DNA of 33,866 nt, taken from the NCBI GenBank assembly GCA_964228845.1, contig CAXRCQ010000321.1, positions 1-33,866 on the forward strand, read 5' to 3'. The position numbers were made by a program, and so were the translations under genes. Each line of letters starts with the position of its first letter. Positions within the stretch are counted from its first letter, which is position 1. The DNA is from Blastomonas sp. GTDB lineage: Bacteria > Pseudomonadota > Alphaproteobacteria > Sphingomonadales > Sphingomonadaceae. Shown piece after piece: positions 26,255-33,176 of the stretch. A model generated the notes under the pieces. It did no database searches and was not told the origin of the DNA. It saw only the letters and a list, made by a program, of their open reading frames with translations.

Positions 26255-27013
26255 GTGACGCCGCACGTCACCCTGAAACTGCGCGGCTTCGGCGAGCTCG
26301 AAACCGGCTCTGAAAGCTGGCTGGCCGATGAGCTCGAACGCAACGTCCGCGTCTTTCCGCCACGCGTGGACCTGTTGCGCCAGGGCGAGGGCACAGGACC
26401 GCTCCACGTCCTTATCGAAGGCTGGGCCATTCGCTACAAGACGCTCGAAGACGGACGCAGACAGATCCTGTCGGTGCTGCTGCCGGGCGACATGTTCGAC
26501 ATCAACGGTCATCTCGCCAAATCGATGGACCATAGCATCGCCACGCTGACCGGCGCGAAACTGGCCATACTCGACGATGATTTTCTCGACCGGGCGCGAG
26601 CGCAGCATCCCGATCTTGAAGAACTGCTGTGGTGCGACATGCATGTGTCCGCTGCCGTGCAGCGCGAGCGCTCCACTTCGCTCGGCCAGCGTACCGCGCG
26701 CGAGCGCATGGCCCATATCCTGTGTGAGTTATTCTGGCGTCAGCGCTCGGTAGGATTGGCGCGGGCGAAAAGCTGCAGCTTTCACCTGACCCAGACCGAA
26801 ATGGCCGAGGCGCTCGGCATGACGCCGGTCTATGTCAATCGCACGCTGCAGGATCTGCGCCGCGACGGGCTGATCCAGCTCGAACAGAAATGCCTGACCG
26901 TGCTCGACCTGGCTCGCCTCGAGGCGCTGGCCCTGTTCGATCCGGGATATTTGAGGATCTGTGACGCCGATGGCGGGGCAGATGCGCACAAGGAGAATGC
27001 CGATGCCCTCTAG
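26255..27013 (+). CDS. Crp/Fnr-family transcriptional regulator (HTH GMTPVYVNRTLQ)
   Basis: IEGWAIRYK, DGRRQI, LPGD, LGQRTARERMAH, LTQTEMAEALG, FDPGYL; GTG after GGGAGG (ATG 26237 alternative). Confidence 0.93.
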   Translation: MTPHVTLKLRGFGELETGSESWLADELERNVRVFPPRVDLLRQGEGTGPLHVLIEGWAIRYKTLEDGRRQILSVLLPGDMFDINGHLAKSMDHSIATLTGAKLAILDDDFLDRARAQHPDLEELLWCDMHVSAAVQRERSTSLGQRTARERMAHILCELFWRQRSVGLARAKSCSFHLTQTEMAEALGMTPVYVNRTLQDLRRDGLIQLEQKCLTVLDLARLEALALFDPGYLRICDADGGADAHKENADAL

Positions 27014-28001
27014 CTGGTCTGGGCCGGTCCAGTCGCTCAATCATTTCATCGCGACGCTGCCACTGCTCGTGTGGCGCGCCGGCCGCGACGGGGCATGGCT
27101 GTGGGCGAGCCCGCAATGGGAGACGTTTACGGGGCAGGGGGAGGCAGACTATGTCGGCGATGGCTGGCTCGATGCCGTGCATCCCGATGACCGCGAAGCC
27201 GCGCGGAACGCCTGGTCGCTCGCTCCCGACCGGCAGAGCTTCGAAGTGGAGTTCCGGATCCGCAAGGCGGCGGAAGACCGCTATTACTGGCACAAAACGC
27301 GGGCAGGGCCGGTGCATGACGAGGATGGCAACATCCTGGAATGGCTTGGCACTTCAACCGATATCGACGACCTCAAGAGATTGCGCGACCAGGAGCGGTC
27401 GCTGCTGGGGGAGTTGCAGCATCGCGTCCGCAACACGCTGGGCGTGGTGCGGGCGCTGTCGCGGCGGACTGCCGATCATTGCGATACCATCGAGGATTTC
27501 GTCGCCAAGTTCGACGGGCGCATCAATACCTTCGCGCGCACCCAGTCGCTCTCGACCCGTTCGGCCACCGGGCAGGTCAATCTGGCCGATCTGGTGCATG
27601 ACGAGCTGCTTAGCCACCATCTGGGCGATGAGGACCAGGTGTGCGCCGAGGGGCCGGATATCATGCTGGGGGTCAAGGCCGCGAACATGCTCGGCCTCGC
27701 GATCCACGAGCTCGCCAGCCATGCGGTGACCTTTGGTGATCCGGGCGATCAGCCGCCGCGCCTGCAGGTGCGATGGGGAATCGATGATAGCGCCGCCAAG
27801 CCGCTGCTCACCCTGGTCTGGAAGGAGGAGGGCCGCAATCTGGCCGATCCGGACGAGGCGCTGGGCGCGCTGGCCCGCGATTTCGTCGAGCGCGCGCTGC
27901 ATTACGAGATGGACGCCGAGACCACGATCCGGACGCTGCCCGGCGGGCTGGTCTATGATGTCCGCCTGCCGCTGTCGCGCGCGCAGGATGGCGACAGCTG
28001 A
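27003..28001 (+). CDS. PAS domain plus HWE/HisKA2-type histidine kinase with degenerate ATP-binding motifs
   Basis: PAS: GWLDAVHPDD, WLGTSTDIDD; H-box ELQHRVRN; WKEEG; N-box reads HELASHA; start after AGGAG, overlapping the Crp stop. Confidence 0.88.
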   Translation: MPSSWSGPVQSLNHFIATLPLLVWRAGRDGAWLWASPQWETFTGQGEADYVGDGWLDAVHPDDREAARNAWSLAPDRQSFEVEFRIRKAAEDRYYWHKTRAGPVHDEDGNILEWLGTSTDIDDLKRLRDQERSLLGELQHRVRNTLGVVRALSRRTADHCDTIEDFVAKFDGRINTFARTQSLSTRSATGQVNLADLVHDELLSHHLGDEDQVCAEGPDIMLGVKAANMLGLAIHELASHAVTFGDPGDQPPRLQVRWGIDDSAAKPLLTLVWKEEGRNLADPDEALGALARDFVERALHYEMDAETTIRTLPGGLVYDVRLPLSRAQDGDS

Positions 28002-28032
28002 GACGGCGACGCGTGGATTTTATCGGGCGCTA

Positions 28033-28074
28033 CCAACCCATGTGATGATCGGACCGGTCGCACACCCCTAGTCC
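28033..28074 (+). promoter_or_regulatory. Putative Crp/Fnr class II promoter: box CCAAC-CCAT-GTGAT (28033-28046), 22 nt, -10 TAGTCC
   Basis: Shared motif and spacing; predicted +1 (28081) coincides with the first base of a leader hairpin. Confidence 0.65.
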
Positions 28075-28080
28075 TGTGGC

Positions 28081-28132
28081 TGACACGGTGCCTTCACCCA
28101 CCCCCCGACGAGCCTTGAGGGGCACCGTGTCA
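28081..28132 (+). other. 5'-leader hairpin, 12-bp perfect stem with C-rich loop
   Basis: TGACACGGTGCC ... GGCACCGTGTCA; loop contains CCCACCCCCC. Confidence 0.65.
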
Positions 28133-28166
28133 CCCATCGCCAACAGCACAGGGACGCACGCAAGCC

Positions 28167-28781
28167 ATGAACCTTGCCAACTGGGCCCGTTACGGACTGG
28201 CCGCCACGCTCGCCACCGCTGCAGGTGGCGTACTGATCTATCGCCGCCAGCCACATATCAACCATGACGCCGCACCGGCGCGCAGCGCCCGGCACCGCCG
28301 CCGCTTCGGCGATTATCGCGTGACCGGGGCCTCGGTCACGATCCGCGCCACCCCCGAGCAGATCCGCGCCTGCTGGCAGGGCAATGCCCGGCTCTGGCCA
28401 GCGCTCGAATATCTCCCCTTTCCCGAAGGCAACCAGCCCGATCTGCTGCTGCCCCCGTCCGAATTGCGCGACATGGCCTCGCGGCCCTTGCGCACCCGCA
28501 TCGTTGCCGAGCGCGAGGACGAACTGCTCGCCTGGCGTTCAGAAGGCGAGGGCCAGGCCGACATGCACGGCCGCCTGCGCTTTCGCGACAATGGTGACAA
28601 GGGCACCGCGGTCGAGGTGATCATGGCGGTGCGCCCGCACCATTTCGCCAGTGCCTGGAAGACCGAGGCGATGATGGCCGAAGCACTCGAGCTCGGCCTG
28701 CTGCGCGATCTGCGCCGGATGAAGATGCTGATCGAGACGGGAGAGATCGCCACCGCCAGGATGCGCCCCGACGCCGACTGA
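28167..28781 (+). CDS. SRPBCC/polyketide cyclase-like protein with N-terminal TM segment
   Basis: SVTI...PEQ, LLAWRS, GRLRF, GTAVEV, DLRRMKMLIETGEIAT. Confidence 0.82.
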   Translation: MNLANWARYGLAATLATAAGGVLIYRRQPHINHDAAPARSARHRRRFGDYRVTGASVTIRATPEQIRACWQGNARLWPALEYLPFPEGNQPDLLLPPSELRDMASRPLRTRIVAEREDELLAWRSEGEGQADMHGRLRFRDNGDKGTAVEVIMAVRPHHFASAWKTEAMMAEALELGLLRDLRRMKMLIETGEIATARMRPDAD

Positions 28782-28824
28782 GCGTCCGCGCATCCCCTCC
28801 AGCTGAAGACAAGGAATTCGAGCC

Positions 28825-29994
28825 ATGCGAGCTGCCACCTTCCAGGGCAAGGGCGATATCGACGTCCGCCAGATGCCCGATCCCGCCATTGTCAATCCGC
28901 GCGACTGCATCATCGAAGTCACATCGACCGCGATCTGCGGATCGGACCTGCACCTGTATGACGGCGTCATCCCCGGCGTCGAGCAGGACGACATATTGGG
29001 TCACGAGTTCATGGGCCGGGTCGTCGCGACCGGCAAGGAAAGCACGCTAAAGGTCGGCCAGCGCGTCGTGGTGCCCTTCACCATCTTCTGCGGCCAGTGC
29101 TTTCACTGCAGCGAGCAGCGTTACAGCAATTGTGACAACAGCTGCCCGGTCGAGGAGCAGGAGATCGCCGAAAAGGCGTTCGGCCATCCGATGGCAGGCA
29201 TGTTCGGCTATTCGCACCTGACCGGCGGCTATGCCGGGGGCCAGGCCGAATATGTCCGCATACCCTATTCGGACGTGGTGCCGCTTGTGGTGCCCGAGGA
29301 CATTCCCGACGATCGGCTGCTGTTCCTCTCGGACATATTGCCCACCGGGTGGATGGCCGCGCTCAATGCCGATATCGAGCCCGGCGATACCATCGCCGTC
29401 TGGGGCTGCGGCCCGGTCGGTCTGTTCTCTATCCTCAGCGCCTTCCGGCAAAAGGCCGGCCGCGTCATCGCGATCGACGGGGTCCAGGGGCGGCTCGACA
29501 TGGCCGAGCAGCTTGGTGCCGAACCGGTGAATTTCCACGAGACCGATATTCTCGATGCGCTGAAACAGATGACCGGCGGCATCGGCCCCGATGCGGTGAT
29601 CGATGCGGTCGGCATGGAGGCGCACGGCCTTTCGGTCGACAATATTGCCGATCGGGTCAAGCAGACCGTCGGGATCGGCCAGGACCGCGCGCATGTGCTG
29701 CGCCAGGCAATTATGGCGTGCCGCAAGGGCGGGCGCGTCTCGGTCCCCGGCGTCTATGGCGGCAAGGCGGATCTGTTTCCGCTGGGCGCGATGATGCAGA
29801 AGGGATTGCAGCTGCGCACCGGGCAGACGCACGTCCGGCGCTACACGGCGGAACTGTTAGACCTGATCGAGCGTGATGTCATTGATCCCAGTTTCTTGAT
29901 CAGCCACCGCCTGCCGCTCGACGAGGCAGCGACCGGTTACCGCAATTTCCGCGATCATCAGGATGAATGGATCAAGGTGGTCTTGCACCCCTGA
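28825..29994 (+). CDS. Zinc-dependent alcohol/formaldehyde dehydrogenase-like (MDR, YbdR-like)
   Basis: ICGSDLH, GHEFMG, CGQCFHC...C, LSDILPTG, GCGPVG. Confidence 0.93.
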   Translation: MRAATFQGKGDIDVRQMPDPAIVNPRDCIIEVTSTAICGSDLHLYDGVIPGVEQDDILGHEFMGRVVATGKESTLKVGQRVVVPFTIFCGQCFHCSEQRYSNCDNSCPVEEQEIAEKAFGHPMAGMFGYSHLTGGYAGGQAEYVRIPYSDVVPLVVPEDIPDDRLLFLSDILPTGWMAALNADIEPGDTIAVWGCGPVGLFSILSAFRQKAGRVIAIDGVQGRLDMAEQLGAEPVNFHETDILDALKQMTGGIGPDAVIDAVGMEAHGLSVDNIADRVKQTVGIGQDRAHVLRQAIMACRKGGRVSVPGVYGGKADLFPLGAMMQKGLQLRTGQTHVRRYTAELLDLIERDVIDPSFLISHRLPLDEAATGYRNFRDHQDEWIKVVLHP

Positions 29995-30017
29995 CCCGAG
30001 CCTCAAGGAGAATATTC

Positions 30018-30197
30018 ATGGAATACAGCATATTCGGCATCATCATCCTGATCCTGGACGTGATCGCGCTGTTCAGCGTCTGGGCCAGCGGTGCCAGCAC
30101 GGCGTCCAAGCTGCTCTGGACGCTGCTCATCATCATCCTGCCGCTGATCGGCCTGATCGCCTGGTATTTTCTGGGCCCCAAGCGCGGGCGCGTCTGA
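30018..30197 (+). CDS. Small PLDc_N domain membrane protein, 59 aa
   Basis: LILDVIAL, KLLWTLLIIILPLIGLIAWYFLG; AAGGAG RBS. Confidence 0.88.
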   Translation: MEYSIFGIIILILDVIALFSVWASGASTASKLLWTLLIIILPLIGLIAWYFLGPKRGRV

Positions 30198-30215
30198 CCT
30201 TGTGCGCAGCGCCGG

Positions 30216-30725
30216 TCAGCCAGACCGGAGAATGAACGCCTCCAATGCCCGCCAGGCTTGCGCCTTGGCGGGCAGCGACAGCGTATAGGCCGGACTGCTC
30301 GAAGGCAGCGCGACGATCGGCTGGGCGATGCCACCGAGCAGCCGCCTCGCCGTTTTCGCCGAAAGCGCGCCATTGCATCCGATCGCCTGCAAATCCGTCA
30401 GGCGGTCGATCAGGGGCCGCAATGGATTGACCACTGCATCACGGATGTCGCCATCGAGGCTCGATTCCCTGCGAGCCGATCCAATCACATCCCATAGCCC
30501 GATGCCATGAGCGCCCAGCCGCTCCAGCCGTTCGCTATAATCAAGCGCAACCAGCGGGGCTCCGATCACGCGCTCCATCAGCACCCAGAAATGGTTGCGC
30601 GGGTGCCCATAATAGCGCCTCGCCTGCAGCGACGCGCGCCCCGGAAGGCTTCCCAGCAGCAACAGGGTGCAGCGATCAGGCAAGACCGGCGGAAGACCGG
30701 CCACCGGCGCGGGGGCATCTGTCAT
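30216..30725 (-). CDS. DNA-deoxyinosine (hypoxanthine) glycosylase, UDG family 6/MUG-like
   Basis: GSLPG, YYGHPRNHFW, LWDVI, SLD, NG, LPSSSPA. Confidence 0.9.
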   Translation of the reverse strand: MTDAPAPVAGLPPVLPDRCTLLLLGSLPGRASLQARRYYGHPRNHFWVLMERVIGAPLVALDYSERLERLGAHGIGLWDVIGSARRESSLDGDIRDAVVNPLRPLIDRLTDLQAIGCNGALSAKTARRLLGGIAQPIVALPSSSPAYTLSLPAKAQAWRALEAFILRSG

Positions 30726-30814
30726 CAACCTATCCGAGCCGGAATGCACGAATCGCGCCCCATCCTGTGCAAGGCGGGCCGGCGCGAGACGGATCGGTCA
30801 ACCATGTCGGGAAA

Positions 30815-30888
30815 TGGATGCCCCCCAAGGATTCGAACCTTGATTAACGGAGTCAGAGTCCGTGGTCTTACCATTAGACGAAGGGGCA
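30815..30888 (-). tRNA. tRNA-Gln(CTG)
   Basis: TGCCCCT acceptor, anticodon arm ACGGA-CT-CTG-AC-TCCGT, GGTTCGAATCC, encoded CCA; 74 nt. Confidence 0.97.
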
Positions 30889-30899
30889 ATAGGCGGTCG

Positions 30900-30928
30900 C
30901 AATTAGGCGCGTCGGCCTGTCCGGTCAA
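30900..30928 (-). promoter_or_regulatory. sigma70 promoter of tRNA-Gln (TTGACC-N17-TAATTG)
   Basis: Near-consensus boxes, 17-nt spacer, just upstream of the tRNA. Confidence 0.7.
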
Positions 30929-30958
30929 GACCCAAATCGCGGAGAATCGGTGGGATGC

Positions 30959-30987
30959 TTGCGCATTCACCGCATATTGGCTAGCCT
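30959..30987 (+). promoter_or_regulatory. sigma70 promoter of ppx-rlmE (TTGCGC-N17-TAGCCT)
   Basis: 17-nt spacer, alphaproteobacterial GCTA-type -10. Confidence 0.6.
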
Positions 30988-31063
30988 TTGCCTCAAGTAC
31001 CGGCGAAGCGCGGACAATTCGATCGCGTGGGCATGACCGGATAAGAAAAAGAGCGATACTGGC

Positions 31064-32323
31064 ATGGTGGAGCGACCCACATCCATGCCGCAGACGGACT
31101 CCCCGGCTCCCGCCCCCGCTGAAGGTGCGGCATTGCCCAAGGATCCGGCAAAACCTGCCAGAAATGGCCGGAATGCGGCAAGACAGCGCAGGCAGCAGCC
31201 CGGCGGAAAAGCGGGCAAGCGCGGCCCTCATGTTGCGGCGAGCGGACAGCCGCGAATCGCCGAACGGCTTCCGGAGCGAATCGCAGAGCGAAATCCTGCC
31301 AGGAATGCCATGGGTGATCGCGGCGGCTGGCATGCGCGCCGTGCCTATGCCGCGATCGACCTGGGCACCAACAATTGCCGATTGCTGATCGCCAAGCCGG
31401 CGGCGGACGGATTCGTCGTCGTCGATGCCTTTTCGCGCGTGGTACGGCTGGGCGAGGGCCTGGGCCAGAGCGGACGGCTGAGCGATGCAGCGATGGACCG
31501 CGCGGTGGCCGCATTGTCGATCTGCGCCGACAAGCTGCGCCGCCGCCATGTCGCGCTGGCACGATCGGTCGCGACCGAAGCGTGCCGCAAGGCGAGCAAC
31601 GGCCCTGCATTCATCGACCGCGTACGCCGCGAGACGGGAATCGTGCTCGACATCATCACCGCCGAGGAAGAGGCGCGGCTGGCGGTGCTCGGCTGCCATA
31701 TCCTGCTCGAACCCGGCGATGGCCCGGCGCTGATCTTCGATATCGGCGGCGGCTCGACCGAACTGGTGCTGGTCGACAGCTCGGGCCCGGTGCCCGACAT
31801 TCTCGACTGGATGAGCGTGCCCTGGGGCGTGGTGACGCTGACCGAAAGCGAGCGCTTCGACCATGACAATCCCGAGGCGCGCGCCGAGGCCTATGCGCGG
31901 ATGCGCGCGCGCGTGATGGACGGCTTTGCCTCCTTTGCGCGCCGGTTGCCGCAGCTGCCCGATGCCGAGCGGCGGCTGCTCGGCACCAGCGGCACTGTGA
32001 CGACGCTCGCGAGCCTGCATCTCGACCTGCCCTGCTATAATCGCGACGCGATCGACGGGCTGATCGTGCCATCCGAATCGATGCGCGCCATCAGCGCGCG
32101 GCTGGCGGGCATGAGTCTGGCCCAGCGGCGCGAGCTGCCCTGCATCGGCAAGGAGCGCGCCGATCTGGTGGTGGCAGGTTGCGCCATTCTCGAATCGATT
32201 CTCGACATCTGGCCCGCGCTGCGGCTCGGCGTCGCCGATCGGGGCATCCGCGAGGGCATATTGCGCGCGCTGATGGGCCGCGACGCGCCGCACCCGGCAT
32301 CCGCGCGCGAGTACCGCGCATGA
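31064..32323 (+). CDS. Ppx/GppA family phosphatase with disordered N-terminal extension
   Basis: AAIDLGTNNCRL, VATEACR, EEEARL, DIGGGSTE, GTSGT, RADL, GIREG. Confidence 0.93.
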   Translation: MVERPTSMPQTDSPAPAPAEGAALPKDPAKPARNGRNAARQRRQQPGGKAGKRGPHVAASGQPRIAERLPERIAERNPARNAMGDRGGWHARRAYAAIDLGTNNCRLLIAKPAADGFVVVDAFSRVVRLGEGLGQSGRLSDAAMDRAVAALSICADKLRRRHVALARSVATEACRKASNGPAFIDRVRRETGIVLDIITAEEEARLAVLGCHILLEPGDGPALIFDIGGGSTELVLVDSSGPVPDILDWMSVPWGVVTLTESERFDHDNPEARAEAYARMRARVMDGFASFARRLPQLPDAERRLLGTSGTVTTLASLHLDLPCYNRDAIDGLIVPSESMRAISARLAGMSLAQRRELPCIGKERADLVVAGCAILESILDIWPALRLGVADRGIREGILRALMGRDAPHPASAREYRA

Positions 32324-33087
32324 GCGGGGACGGGAAGGATTCCGGCAAGGGTGGCAGCAGCGGATCGGGCGGCGGCGGAAGGATCCCCGGCGATTCGAGG
32401 CGCAAGGCCAAGGGCAAATACGGTGACGGCCTCAAGCAGCGGGTCAAGACCGCGCGCGGCCGCACCGCCTCGTCCAACCGCTGGCTCGAACGCCAGTTGA
32501 ACGACCCCTATGTCCGCAAGGCCAAGGCCGAAGGCTATCGCAGCCGCGCGGTGTACAAGCTGATCGAGCTCGACGAGAAATTCGCCATCGTGCGCAAGGC
32601 CAGGCACGTGGTCGATCTGGGCATCGCGCCGGGCGGCTGGTCGCAGCTGGTGCGGCGGGTGAACCCGAAAGCCGCCGTGGTCGGCATCGATCTGTTGCCG
32701 GTCGACCCGATCGAGGGCGTGACCATCTTCCAGATGGACTTCATGGCCGATGATGCGCCCGATAAACTGGTCGAGGCGCTGGGGGGCACGCCCGACCTGG
32801 TGCTGTCCGACATGGCGGCGAACACCGTCGGCCACAAGCAGACCGATCACCTGCGCACCATGGGCCTGGTCGAGGCAGCGGCGCATTTCGCGGTCGATCA
32901 TCTGGCCGAGGGCGGCACCTTCGTCGCCAAGGTGCTCGCTGGCGGCACCGACAACGATCTGCTGACCCTGCTCAAGCAGCATTTCAGGACGGTGAAGCAC
33001 GCCAAGCCCCCCGCCAGCCGCAAGGGCAGCAACGAATGGTACGTCGTGGCCCAGGGTCGCAAGCCGCGCACCGACCTTCAAGCCTGA
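32320..33087 (+). CDS. rlmE: 23S rRNA Um2552 methyltransferase
   Basis: WLERQLNDPYV, YRSRAVYKL, DLGIAPGGWSQ, SDMA, KPPASR, EWY; ATGA overlap with ppx. Confidence 0.95.
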   Translation: MSGDGKDSGKGGSSGSGGGGRIPGDSRRKAKGKYGDGLKQRVKTARGRTASSNRWLERQLNDPYVRKAKAEGYRSRAVYKLIELDEKFAIVRKARHVVDLGIAPGGWSQLVRRVNPKAAVVGIDLLPVDPIEGVTIFQMDFMADDAPDKLVEALGGTPDLVLSDMAANTVGHKQTDHLRTMGLVEAAAHFAVDHLAEGGTFVAKVLAGGTDNDLLTLLKQHFRTVKHAKPPASRKGSNEWYVVAQGRKPRTDLQA

Positions 33088-33118
33088 CCACGACCGGCCG
33101 CCGGTCCACGCATAGCAG

Positions 33119-33157
33119 CAAAAAGCCCCGCCCGCGTGATGCGGACGGAGCCTTTTG
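33119..33157. terminator. Bidirectional intrinsic terminator between rlmE and the TBDR gene
   Basis: AAAAA-GCCCCGCCCGC-GTGAT-GCGGACGGAGC-CTTTT. Confidence 0.7.
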
Positions 33158-33176
33158 CGTTACCCTGAATTTGCGA

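Noticed and set aside
30815-30888. tRNA-Gln as integration site of the stress island
   Set aside because: The 3' end faces the island, but no duplicated tRNA 3' end was found by eye near the left boundary (~4.7 kb), there is no integrase, and a housekeeping glycosylase intervenes
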